A stretch of DNA of 64,000 nucleotides from Eledone cirrhosa (GCA_964016885.1 OZ024743.1:51274001-51338000), one strand, 5' to 3'. Counted from the stretch's first letter, positions 1-11,005 are shown. Notes: generated by a model from the sequence alone, not told the origin. Program-made: numbers and translations.

Positions 1-98
1 CGGGAAGCAACTCCAGCTACTTCCTGTCTAGAGATGGTGATGGTGATGTGAGTGTCACAACAAGGGAGGCAACTCCTGCTACAATATATTTTAGAAAA

Positions 99-767
99 TA
101 TAATAGTAAATATAAGTATGTACACGTACATACATACATGCATTATAATAAATGTTCGGTAAATCCATACGTACATATATATATGTGTGCATGTATGTAT
201 ATATATATATATATATACATACTACTGTACGTCTGTATGCATGTATGTATGTATGTGTACATACTTATATTTAAGTAACAGCCGTACTAAGAGTGGGAAA
301 TGAAATTTTGTTTCATTTTTTCCGTTTATCGTTTTCCGTGCACCCGGCCGATTAACCCACTCGATATGCAAATTGGGCTACTCAGCCATTAATATACATA
401 AGGTAAGTATATACGTTAACAATCTGGCAGGAAGGTATACGTTGCTGACGATAGCTAATAAGCTTGAAACTAGTACAGCGTTCCTTTGTCAGTGTTGAAC
501 AAACGAGCAACGATGGTTGCTAGACACTACGGCTTAATACGGGATGTTTGTTTACAAACACACCGAGCATTATAATAAATGTTCGGTAAATCCATACGTA
601 CATATATATATATATGTGTGCATGTATGTATATATATATATACATACTACTGTACGTCTGTATGCATGTATGTATGTATGTGTACATACTTATATTTAAG
701 TAACAGCCGTACTAAGAGTGGGAAATGAAATTTCGTTTCATTTTTTCCGTTTATAATAGTAAATATA
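99..767 (+). mobile_element. Retrozyme-like non-coding element, ~1.4 monomers of ~427 bp, with hammerhead ribozyme
   Basis: Direct repeat 140-329 = 567-754; short inverted segment at ~107-143; TATAATAGTAAATATA on both flanks (99-114, 752-767) as candidate TSD; hammerhead at 439-481; octamer at 366-373. Confidence 0.75.
439..481 (+). ncRNA. Type I hammerhead ribozyme motif
   Basis: acgttg-CTGACGA-t-agc-taataa-gct-t-GAAA-ctag-TA-cagcgt; stem I acgttg/cagcgt pairs, palindromic stem III CTAG, GUA cleavage triplet; U.U mismatch at base of stem II. Confidence 0.8.
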
Positions 768-925
768 TTTTAGTATAATAATATAATTTAGAAAATATAA
801 TAGTAAATATATTTTAGTATAATAATATATTTTAGAAAATATAATAGTAAATATCTTTTAGTATAATAATAATATATTTTAGTATAATAATAATATATTT
901 TAGAAAATATAATAGTAAATATAGA
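755..925. repeat. AT-rich degenerate minisatellite
   Basis: Repeated TATAATAGTAAATATATTTTAG / TTTTAGAAAATATAATAG blocks. Confidence 0.7.
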
Positions 926-1274
926 AATGTAAAATAAGTTTTAAACAATCAATAAACAGAAGAAAAGGGGGTAGGATGAGAAGAAGATTTTCTTAGAAAA
1001 TGTTTTCTTTTAATAGTGTTTATGACAATATGTGAGTGACCTAGTTTAAAGGTGGTAGTGACATTTGTATTGGCTGGCTGCTTTAAGATATCTCTTCTAT
1101 TTGATTGAAAATTGAAATGGATGGTGTCATCATCAAAGGTATGGATATTCTACTAGATAAATATCATGGCAGAGCTTCGAATTCACCTCTCCCCCAACAT
1201 TTGTGATTGTTCAATTGAGAAATGTAAGCTCTTCAATTTTCTAGTCTCTCCTTTTCGTAGTTCATTTAGCGAGT

Positions 1275-1952
1275 GAGGGACTTAGTGTTTACAACAGACA
1301 CTCTGTCACGTCTCCTAGTAAGGATATAATCTATCTGGCTGGCGTGTTCCCCTGATCTATAGGTGATCAAGTGATTGTCTTGTTTTTTGAAGTTTGTGTT
1401 ACAAATAGTTAAGTTATTAGCATCACAGAATTCCAGGATCCTGAAGCTGCTTTCCTCATTTCTAGTACCAAACCCATAGCCTCCATGGATTCCGTCATAG
1501 CCATCACATGACCACTTAAGTCGCCAGCAATAATTATGTAGTCACTGTCGGCTATTTGGGAGGTAGTGTGCATTAGCGACTCATAGAACATGTCTTTTAT
1601 AACGTCTGGTGGACCAGATTGGAGCACATAAGCGGATATTATTGTCACAGTTGTTCTATTTAGAACTAGTCTTATTTTAATTATTCTGTCGTTCACTCTA
1701 TTTACGGCAATTACCTTATCTACCCATTTTTCTGCTAACATAATTCCTACTCCACCCAGCCCATTGTCATTTCCCATCCAGAAAAGTTTATAGCATCATT
1801 TTTTACCCACAATGAATCTAGCAGACCCACCTCTCCACCTAGTCTCTTGAACACAACAAACATCACCTTCCTTACGTTCAAGCATCTCTACAACCTCATT
1901 TGAGCAACCTTTCAATGTGCCTACATTCATGGTACCAACTCTGAAGTTTTGG
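1275..1952 (-). mobile_element. RTE-clade LINE fragment, APE endonuclease (disrupted)
   Basis: FRVGTMNVGTL, DVCCVQETRWRG, GVGIMLAEKW, IIAGDLSGHV and SQIDYILTR motifs with frameshifts. Confidence 0.88.
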
Positions 1953-3871
1953 ATGTCGCCCACCTGCACGAATGCACTCTCTCTCCCCACTGGCCGTTGT
2001 GGTGGCGTGCACGGGTGCCGCCACTCGTATCTGAATACTGCTCTGTGTGGCACCGATTCCTCGACCTGTCCCACCCGAGGGGACATGTTGTACCAGAACA
2101 CTGCCTCCATTGGTGAGATATGGCCCCGCTCCACCATTGCCTTGATCGTCCGGTGGTGTCGCTCCACAATTCCATTCCTGCTCGGCCTGTGCGCTGCTCT
2201 GAAGAAACGGTCCACCTTCCATCCATCGAGCATCTCCCTCAGCGCCTCCGAGCGGAACGCTGCACTGTTGTCCATCAGCAGTTCGTCCACAGGGCCCCGC
2301 TCCAAGAACACCTGTCTCAACGTCCGCATGATTTCCTCGGACGTTCCAGTCTTCATCTCCCTCCATATCGCCATACGTCCTGGTCCACAGTCGACTATCG
2401 AGAGGTACGTTCACTGTCGGTAGTGCGTTACATCCACCACCAATCGCTACCAGTCGCGATCCACCGGGAGGCTTCCCGTTTCGTGCACTCCTGGCTAGGA
2501 ACAGGCTCCTATCCACTCCCATGTGGTGCATGTCATGCAACCCTTTCAGATCCGACTTGGTCAGCCGACACACGGCAGCTATCTCATCTTCTACCTCCTC
2601 TGGCGCTTCCATCCAGGCTTTCTTCAACCTAGTTAAGACGTCCGCCCTATTTTTCTCTGAGGGCACGAAAACTACGCTCAGCCTCAGGTCGAACTCGGTG
2701 GCCAGCCCTCCTAAAGTTCCCAGGCGGCGCTTTATCAGCATCTCCGCCGCCCCTCTCGTTCGCACTCTCTTCTCACTGGTGAGCACTGATCTCACCCATC
2801 CGAGTACAGTAGCCGAGTCGGTGCGTATCTCGATGGTGCACAGTCCCCACCTCAGGGCGAGGTTCACCCCTCTCAACATTGCGTCCAGTTCGGCCACATT
2901 GATATGGTTGCAGTCGTCCTTCTTCCTAAGCCAGGCTGCATCCTCGACCTCAACACCTCCTATCTCCAATGTGACACCCAGCGCTATGCTGCTGGCATCG
3001 CACCATATGGTCCCGCTCTGTGATTTGGGAACATACCAGCATCCCTGCACTGGGTCGTCGGCCTTCACCCTCCCCACGATCTCCTGCATCATGGCCACCG
3101 TCCTCTCTCCCACTCTGTCACTCCTCCCGCTCGTCTCTTGACATAGCTGCATGCCGTCCGGAGCCACCCAGCAATCGGGTAGTGACCCACCAACTTTCCA
3201 CACACCGAGAAAAGCTCCCGCCTACTCATACTTGGGCCCAGTTCTGGAACTTCATTTCCCCTCTGGAATACCAAGACGCCCGTCCTGTCTCGCCGTAGCC
3301 TAAGTCCCAGCGCGATTCCTCCCTCCATAGCTTCTGACGGCTTCGCAGCCAGTCCATACCCCTGTAAATGGCTCGTGACCTCCGCCGCCGACACCACAGA
3401 CTTGTCCACTAGGATGTCGTCAATATAAGAGTTAGTGGCCCTCTTCATCTTGTCGGCCTTTCCCAGAATAGTCTTGAGGACCGCCGCCATGATCTTCGGT
3501 GCGGAGCTCAGCCCGAAACCGAGCCTGGTCACTGTGACGCCTCCTAGACGGCCAATTGCGTCCATGCCCATAACCACGCTGATCCCATCCACCACGCTGT
3601 CTACTACGATGGCAGAAAGCCTTATTTTCCTTCCCCGTACCGCTATTTCCATCTTGCGACCTCAGCATTCAATTTTCCTGCCGTCGACTGCCCTTACGCT
3701 GCTCTTCTCTCTCCACCTCTGCGCCACCCCCGCAGTCACCAGTGTCGTCGTACAGCCCGTGTCCACGAGGGCTCGCTGTGGCTTTCCCCTCAAGAAGACT
3801 TCCACCACGGGCAGCGCCTCTACTCGTAAGGGGCAACTACCGGCGCAGTAGTTCCCCTTGGATCGTTTCCC
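1953..3871 (-). pseudogene. pol: Gypsy pol (PR-RT-RH-IN), disrupted
   Basis: Entered by a -1 frameshift; in-frame TGA in protease (~3662-3664), further frameshifts, and protease fused directly to RT motif RLGFGL at ~3530. Confidence 0.85.
3812..3871 (-). promoter_or_regulatory. -1 programmed ribosomal frameshift signal (slippery site plus pseudoknot)
   Basis: G GGA AAC at 3871-3865 in gag frame, then stem aagggg-aactac/gtagtt-g-cccctt whose loop gcgcc can pair with downstream ggcgc; the -1 frame reads into ALVDTG. Confidence 0.8.
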
Positions 3872-4581
3872 TGGTCGCAGTTAATAGCGATGTGGCCTGG
3901 TCGCTTACACCGGTAGCATATTATTTCCGGCCTTGACTCTCTGCAGTCTCTAGCCATGTGCGGGCCCTGGCACCGAAAACAGCAACCTCTAAACGTTCGC
4001 GGGCGACCGCGTGCCGTGGTTGCCTCCCTTTCACCATTTCGCTGCCAGCTGTCTTGAGCCTCTGTAGTTGCTATCGCCGTAACACTCTTCTTGGCATCTT
4101 CTGCTATGATCCGGGCTTGTTCCACCAGTGAACGCATTTCCATTTCTTTGTAACCCGGGACTTGCTGCAGTTTCACCGCTATGTCGTCTGGAAATCCATT
4201 TATGAACGCCAACCGCACCGTGCGTTCGCATTCCACCTGATATCCAGCCAACATGGCCAATCGCCGTATTTCCGCTGCGAAAATGTCAACGCGTTCACTG
4301 TTCCATCTAATTCTTGCCAGCTTAGCAAAAGCGACTAACGGTCGCTCTGCGAACGCTTCCATCATGCGCCTCTCAATCTTTTGCGCATCTCTTTGGCTGT
4401 GTTCGTCCAACTCAAGGAAGAGTACCAACGCGTCCCCCTCGAGGTACAGTGCCATGAGACCAGCCACATCTTCTATCTTCTGCAAGCTTGCGACCAGCCG
4501 GACTTTTCGCAGCCAAGCGACAACATCACCTTCCCCAGTAAATGCCCTGATAGCTTCGCTTGTTCGTAGTCTTGTCACCAT
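3820..4581 (-). CDS. gag: Gypsy Gag, 253 aa, open frame
   Basis: ATG-started ORF with CFRCQGPHMARDC and CYRCKRPGHIAINC zinc knuckles. Confidence 0.88.
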   Translation of the reverse strand: MVTRLRTSEAIRAFTGEGDVVAWLRKVRLVASLQKIEDVAGLMALYLEGDALVLFLELDEHSQRDAQKIERRMMEAFAERPLVAFAKLARIRWNSERVDIFAAEIRRLAMLAGYQVECERTVRLAFINGFPDDIAVKLQQVPGYKEMEMRSLVEQARIIAEDAKKSVTAIATTEAQDSWQRNGEREATTARGRPRTFRGCCFRCQGPHMARDCRESRPEIICYRCKRPGHIAINCDQGNDPRGTTAPVVAPYE

Positions 4582-4697
4582 CTTCTAATTTGTCTTGCGG
4601 TATGTGATAAAAAAAAAAAACAACAGACTCCTCTCTGTTTTTCCAGTAGCTTTTTTTTTTTTTTTTTTTTTTTTTCAATCAGATCTCAGTTTCCAGT

Positions 4698-4709
4698 GCC
4701 GAAATAGCT
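4698..4709 (-). promoter_or_regulatory. Candidate primer-binding site complementary to tRNA-Phe nt 1-12
   Basis: AGCTATTTCGGC abuts the LTR end CCACA; its complement GCCGAAATAGCT is the 5' end of metazoan cytosolic tRNA-Phe(GAA). Confidence 0.7.
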
Positions 4710-4963
4710 TGTGGTTAGAAAAATCTATCTCACTTACCGCTTTTCATAGGCGCCGCTAAATCCCACTGCTGGTTTCTCCTCTTCCACGTGCGTCCAACTC
4801 CTTAACACCGGGAGCTACCAAAACTCGCGTTCACATCGTTGCTGGTCACCACTAGAGAGAGACCCATCTGCTGGCCCTTCCGGTCGAGCATCCTTCTGGC
4901 CAAGCACCCTTCCGGTCGAGCACTCCCCCGCTTTCGGCCACCGCACGCCACACCATACCCACA
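4710..4963 (-). repeat. Gypsy 5' LTR, 254 bp
   Basis: TGTGG...CCACA terminal inverted repeats upstream of gag; LINE coding sequence resumes at ~4964. Confidence 0.8.
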
Positions 4964-7183
4964 AATAGTGTGTCTGTAATGATGATGGTGCACTTACCCT
5001 CACTGATACTGATAAGGTAGCTTGGAAGTGTCACTACGAGAGACTACTAAATCAGGAGAATAAATGGGAGAAAGATAGTCTGCCCCAAATCGATCCAATA
5101 GAGGGACCAGCGGTGCAAGTTAACAGTAGTATAAGTAAGGCAATCAAAGATATGAAGACAGGCAAGGCAGCTGGGCCTTCGGAGATAAATGCTGAGATGT
5201 TGAAAGCATCTGGAATGGTGGGACATACTATGGTCACCCAGATAGTAAACCAAGTAATACAGAATGGGGTAATTATATAAAAAAATACCAAATGACTGGC
5301 GTAGCAGCATCATTGTTAACTGCTACAAGGGTAAAGGAGACACTCTAGATAGAGGAAACTATACAGGCATTAAGTTAGTAGACCAGGTCATGAAGGTCAC
5401 AGAAAGAGTTCTGGCACCACTAATTAGTGACCGAATTGATCTAGATGAAATGCAGTTTGCGTTTATGCCAGGTAAAAGTACCACAGATGCTCTTTTTCTT
5501 GTACAGCTCCTACAGGAGAAGTATCTAGCTAAAAGTAAACCTCTCTACTTAGCTTTTGTTGACTTGGAGAAAGCCTTTGTCAGAGTCCCCCACTCCATTA
5601 TCTGGTGGGCTCTTACAAAACTAGGTGTAGATGAATGGCTTGTGAGAGCTATACAAGCCATGTATAAATAAACAGTCAGCAAGGTTAGAATTAACATTGA
5701 ATATAGTGAAGAATTTAGCGTAAAAGTAGGTGTTCATCAAGGCTCCGTCCTTAGCCCCCTTCCTGTTTATTATTGCCCTTCAGGCCATAACAGAGGAGTT
5801 TAAGACTGGCTGCCCATGGAAACTTCTATATGCAGATGATCTGACTCTCATAGCTGAATCTATGGTTGAACTAGAGAAGAAACTCCAGCATGGCCTAGAA
5901 TCAAAAGGCCTTAAAGTTAACTTGTCTAAGACTAAAGTTCTAGTATGTAGAAAGGAAAATAGGGCACAGGTGCCCTCTGGGAAATAGCCATGCTCAGTGT
6001 GTAGGAAAGGAGTAGGTGGAAATTCCATTATATGTCCCAAATGCAAACTATGGGTACATAAAAGATGTAGTAGGATCACAGGTAAGCTATCTAAGAATGT
6101 AGATTTTATATGTGGCCGATGCTCAGGTGCAATAAGTAGCAAGTGCCCACAGGATACTAGCTCCTCCTACTGCCCAGATGGTTCTATAGAAATAGTGGAC
6201 ACTTTCCGTTACCTGGGTGGCAAAATCAGCAGTGGTGGAAGGTGCTCTGAAAGTACAGTAGCCAGAGTTAGAATGGGATGGAAAAAGTTCAGAGAGCTTA
6301 TACCACTATTGGCCACTAAAGGTTTCTCTCTAAAAATGAAAGGCAGATTGTATGATGCTTGTATACGAACAGCAATGTTACATGGCAGTGAGACATGAGC
6401 ATTGTGTGCAGAGGATCTGCGCAGATTAGAAAGGAATAAAGCATGCATACTCCGTTGGATGTGTAATAGTAATATACATGAACGGCAAAACATAAATGAA
6501 CTAAGTGAGAAATTAGGAATAAGAGGGATCAGATGCTGTTTACTTGAGAGAAGACTATGTTGGTATGGTCACGTAATGCGCATAAAAGACGACAGCTGTA
6601 TAAAAAAAGTGCAGGGCAATCAAAATTGATGGAAGTTACGGAGTAGGCAGACCCAGAAAAACCTGGAACGACATGATAAAATCCGACCTTGCACACATAC
6701 ACCTCTCTAGGACAACGTCACTGGATCGAGATCTTTGGCACCACGCAGTAATACAGAAGACACGCCTTCCCTACGTCCAAAGTTAACCTACAGTCAGTAG
6801 GCCCCTCCTAACCAAATAGACCCCCCAACCCACTACTCTACTCCATCCTCCCACTCCCACCAACACCACCCTCTCTCTGTAAAGTTATGTTGGTACCACA
6901 ACATCCAGTCCAAACTAATGAGGTTGTGTAGGTGTCACGACAAAATAACACACAGTCCACGCTGTAATGTGGCCATGTAGGTAACACGGTGAAAACCTCC
7001 CAGTCCACACTGTAAATGTGGTTGGTGTTAGGAAGGGCATCCAGCCGTAGAAAACCTGCTAGATACAGTTCTACATGAGCAAGACACGGTCACTCGATCA
7101 ATCTTACCTCAAGTGGAATAATTCCCGTCTAACCCATGTTAGCGTGGAAGATAGACATTAAACGATGACGATGGTGATGATGA
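4964..7183 (+). mobile_element. RTE-clade LINE: RT, Cys-rich insert, C-terminus and 3' UTR (degenerate)
   Basis: MQFAFMPGKSTTDA, FVDLEKAF, LLYADDL, RTAMLHGSET motifs; 3' UTR gttaggaagggcatccagccgtag and (GAT)n tail. Confidence 0.93.
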
Positions 7184-7189
7184 CACTCT

Positions 7190-7520
7190 CACGCACACCT
7201 GTCTATCCTCATATATGTATTTGTACGTGTGCAATTGTCTGTGTGCTCACTTATATACAAAATGTGACCTCGTCGTTGTCGTGGTTTACTATAGTTGACT
7301 AAAGAAAATATTGTTATGTCAGTCAACACACATACACATTATGTGTATATGTGTGTGTGTTTAATTCTCTGAGGCCTAACGTACATAACAAACACATACA
7401 CACACTCATACAAAATGTGATGTCGTGGTAGTGGTTTACTATAGTCGACTATAAAAATATTATTAGAGAATGTAGAGGAACAGACAGACAGAGAGACAAA
7501 GAATTTTATATATATAGAGA
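7190..7520 (-). mobile_element. Helitron-related fragment, head-to-head with the 7629 copy
   Basis: Reverse complement of 7480-7520 matches the Helitron 5' end TCTCTATATATATAAAATTCTTTGTCTCTCTGTCTGTC; 7335-7425 is inverted-homologous to 7840-7945. Confidence 0.6.
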
Positions 7521-7628
7521 TAGTGAACAATTCATGAAAGGAGGAGAGGGAGCTGTATCAGATAATATTGTAAAACAGATACAAGAAATCCCTGCTCATT
7601 GGCTCTTCAAAGGGGTTGCGGATTACAA

Positions 7629-8357
7629 TCTCTCTGTATATAAAATTCTTTGTCTCTCCGTCTGTCTTTTCCTTATGCATTCTCAAACGGCTGGACCAAA
7701 TCAAATCAAATTTTACACGGTAATAGAAGTAGATCTTGGGATTAATATGTAATTTTTATTTTCATTTGGATTAAAACAATATAACATTTTATCTAAAATA
7801 ATAAACTATCGAATATATGTAAACAGACATTTTATAACATGACGTCACATTTTGTATGAGTATGTATGTGTTTGCGCGTTCATTACATACACATAAATAT
7901 TTAATCAGATACAGAGAATTAAACACGCACACACACACATACATATGTGTGTGAGTGTATGTGAGGTTGAATTTAAGAGGCTTCAGTTACCAGTCAAACT
8001 AAGTTTTTCTATTTCAATTAACAAATCTCAGGGTCAATCACTCAAGGTAGTTAGACTTGATCTCTCTACTACGTTTCTCTCATGGTCAACTCTATGTTGG
8101 TTGCTCACGAGTTGGAAGCAACAATTTATTCATTTGGACACCAACAAAGGATTACACAATGGATATTGTCTACCCTGAGGTGCTTCAAGATTCAGATTTT
8201 CATTTCTAAATTCTATTATCATTACAATTTTGATATTTCTTCTATAAAATGTAGATATTTTGAAATAATTATGAGAAAAAATATATATCTCTATATTTAG
8301 TTTACTAATCTTAATAAGAACAGCAGTAACCCGGGCAACACCGGGTCATTCAGCTAG
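7629..8357 (+). mobile_element. Non-autonomous Helitron with PIF1 helicase remnant
   Basis: 5' A|TC and 3' CTAG|T termini, subterminal hairpin acccgg-gcaaca-ccgggt (8329-8346), helicase motifs FKRLQLPVKLSFSISINKSQGQSL and SHGQLYVGCSRV. Confidence 0.88.
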
Positions 8358-8440
8358 TTCAATATGATCTACCTAATACTTTGTTTTTTTCTATTTCATG
8401 AAAGAATATATTGTTTTCAAAACTTCTCATTCTCCTTTAG

Positions 8441-8602
8441 TTGTACTTAATGAAGATGACTTTATAAGCTTGATGTGTCAGTTGTGTGATGAACATAAAC
8501 TTCGCGTCAATCTGAGAAAAAGTGCCAAAAGTCATATGCTAACTGGGTTGGCTGGTCTCACTGGAGGAATTGTATTTGGACCTCTTATTGGTTTATTTAT
8601 TG
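8441..8602 (+). CDS. C19orf12: C19orf12/nazo-like protein, internal coding exon
   Basis: Acceptor ctttag| and donor |gtaagt; DDFISLMCQLCDEHKLRVNLRKSAKSHMLTGLAGLTGGIVFGPLIGLFIG resembles the C19orf12 N-terminus and glycine-zipper segment. Phase-1 start, so the ATG exon is upstream and was not located. Confidence 0.8.
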
Positions 8603-8609
8603 GTAAGTT

Positions 8610-9947
8610 ATCATCATCATCATCAATATCACCGTTTTACGTCCATTCTTCCACACTAGCATAGGTTAGACGGGTTGTCCTGTTGTGGGCAGTGCCCAGT
8701 CGGCTGACCTTGTCTTGCTCATACGGGAACTGATTTTGGCTTGATTTTTACAGCTGGATGCCCTTCCTAACACCAACCTCACAGTGAGTGCTGGGTGCTT
8801 TTTTCCATGGCGTCTACACGTCCACTTTACAGTGTAGGCTGAGTACTTTTTTGTCGTAGCACCTCCACGACCACTTTGTAGTGGGAGCATAGTCTATATG
8901 CTTCAGCTTGTATCTGTGGGAAGTTGGGTCTTCTGTATTACTGTGTGACACCAGAGGTCACGGTCCTGTGTCATCGCCTTTGAGCGATGCAATTGGGTAT
9001 GGTCGGCTTTTATCACCTCATCCCAGGTCTTCTTGGGTCTCCCCACTTCACGGCTTCTAGTGCTTTGCACCTTTTTATGCAGCTGTCATCCTTCATACGC
9101 ATCACATGTCCATACCAATGCAACCTCCTCTCTTGCACAGCATGAATCCTCTTATGCTCAGTCTCTCTCTCAATTCGTTTATGCTTTGCTGTTCGCGTAT
9201 ATTACTATTACACATCCATCGGAGTATGCAAGGTTCGTTTCTTTCTAATCTACGCAAGTCTTCTAGGCACAGCGCCCAGGTCTCATTACCATGTAACATT
9301 GGTGTTCGTATGCACGCATCATACAGTCTGCCTTTCATTTTGAGGCAAAAGACTTTTGCAGCAACTCCCTGAACTTCTTCCATCCTGTTCTTACCCTGGC
9401 TACTGTACTTTCCGAACACCCATCTCCGCTGCTAATTCGGTCACCTAGGTAGAAAAAGCTGTCTACTGTTTCTACAGAGCCCTCCCGGAATTTGGTAGTG
9501 CTTGTTTGCTGCATGTAAAGCCTACATTCTCAGCTAAGCTTCCCGAGATCCCACTACATCTCGTGTACCCATTGTTTGAATTTGAGGCAGAGGATGGAGT
9601 TCCTACCTACATACTGAGCAAGGCCATTTCCCTGAGGGAATCTGGGCTCTGTTTTCTCATCTACCTACGAGGACCTTAGTCTTTGTCAGGTTCACTTTGA
9701 GACCCTTTTTTCTAGTCCCTGCTTCCATGTTTGGAATTTCTTCTCTAGTTCCACCATAGATTCAGCTATAAGTGTGAGACCATCTGCATACAGGAGTTCC
9801 CATGGGCATCCGGTCTTACTCCTCTGTTATTGCTTACAATACTATAATGAACAGGAGAGGGCTAAGAACAGAGCCCTGGTGGACACCGACCTGTATGCTA
9901 AATTCCTCGCTATAGTCATTGTTAACCCTAACTTTGCTGACTGCTCC
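8610..9947 (-). mobile_element. RTE LINE, 5'-truncated, intronic
   Basis: (CAT)n tail at 8610, same 3' UTR and KGRLYDACIRT..LHG.ETW motifs as 4964-7183. Confidence 0.9.
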
Positions 9948-10392
9948 CAAATGCAGAAAATATTTTATTTTGTTTAGTTTTTCTGTTCATAATGAAAAGT
10001 CTGTTGACATGATTACATGGCAGAGAGAGAGAGAATGTAAGGGAAAGACGGGAGCTGGTTTGTATGTATTTTTATAGCTCACACCTATCCAGATTTAGCT
10101 GGCCTCCTATGAGGTTACATCTTATAGGTTTCATGAAAGTTTCAATGATAGGGGCCCCAGTTGTATCATCAAGACTCCTTGTCAAGTACCAGTCTGCTAC
10201 AAGATTGCACATCATACATTTCTCAGGTATTATAATGATAGAGATCCCATTTCCCAACCCCTGGACAGGAAATTAGTCTATTGCAGGAGTTAAACCCCCA
10301 GCTAATGCTGGTACTCATAATCTTCCTAAATACTGTTAAACTAGGTGGCTTAGAATATCGAAATAATGGTATATTTTTATTTTATTTTTTAG

Positions 10393-10592
10393 GTGGAGTA
10401 ACTTATGCAATGTCTGGAAACTCTAAACCTGCTTCACAAATCATTAAAGAAATGCCTAGAGAGAAAAGGAAGTTATTAGTCAAAAGAGTTGAACAAACAT
10501 TAGAAGATCCTGAGTCTTTGGTATTCAAACGGAATGCACTTACAAAGGGTTTGAATCACTTTATAACCACAGATCTTAATATGAATCTATAA
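10393..10592 (+). CDS. C19orf12: C19orf12/nazo-like protein, last coding exon
   Basis: Acceptor ttttttag| in matching phase 1; GGVTYAMSGNSKPASQIIKEMPREKRKLL resembles MTSGQFKPVPQILMELP; stop at 10590-10592, AATAAA at 10662. Confidence 0.8.
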
Positions 10593-10666
10593 AACAAAGG
10601 AAGGAGTGCCGGACGTCTGTTTTATATCTTTTTATCTCGTAAAATAAGTTGGATTACTTTGAATAA

Positions 10667-11005
10667 ATAATTGTTTATACTTTTGGCACAAGGCCAGCAA
10701 TTATCTCAGTGTATTACTGGTATTTTATTGACCCCGTAAGGATGAAAGGCAAAGTTAACCTCGGCGGGATTTGAACTCAGAATGACAAGGGCCGTAACTC
10801 TATGCGTCAAAGCATAGCGTCCGACCCTCTACCGATAATTGTTTCTACTTTAGGCACAAGGCCAGCAATTACCCAGTGCATTACTGGTACTTTATTTTAT
10901 CGACCCCGTAAGGATGAAAGGCAAAGTAAACCTCGGCGGGATTTGAACTCAGACTGTAAAGGGACGTAACTATGCTGGAAAGCATGGTGTCCGACTCTCT
11001 ACCGA
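10667..11005 (-). mobile_element. Tandem dimer of tRNA-derived SINE
   Basis: Two ~169 bp copies with B-box GAGTTCAAATCCC on the minus strand and the ggcacaaggccagc / aaggatgaaaggcaaag body. Confidence 0.85.

Larger units (their letters stand above)
1953..4963 (-). mobile_element. Gypsy LTR retrotransposon, internally deleted and 3'-truncated (5' LTR, gag, PR, partial RT, RNase H, IN)
   Basis: Gag with two CCHC knuckles; protease ALVDTG; RT RLGFGLSSAP and YIDDILV; RNase H WCDASSIALG, HINVAELDA, RTDS; integrase LMDNSAAF, NGIVERHHRTIK; LTR TGTGG...CCACA. Confidence 0.92.

Noticed and set aside
1-82. Duplicated gggargcaactccwgctac motif
   Set aside because: Cut by the window edge and too short to classify.
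1796-2374. 192 aa integrase-APE fusion as a novel protein
   Set aside because: Junction of two broken elements; both domains are truncated and upstream pol is disrupted.
1917-4588. Plus-strand ORFs over the Gypsy element
   Set aside because: Antisense shadows of GC-rich coding sequence with no recognisable motifs.
4698-4709. tRNA-Phe gene
   Set aside because: Only the first 12 nt match and there is no cloverleaf; interpreted as a PBS.
8398-8440. ATG at 8398 as the C19orf12-like start
   Set aside because: Region resembles a polypyrimidine tract ending in AG at 8440; a spliced upstream start is more likely, though not excluded.
10760-10830. tRNA genes at B-box motifs
   Set aside because: They are heads of a multi-copy SINE.
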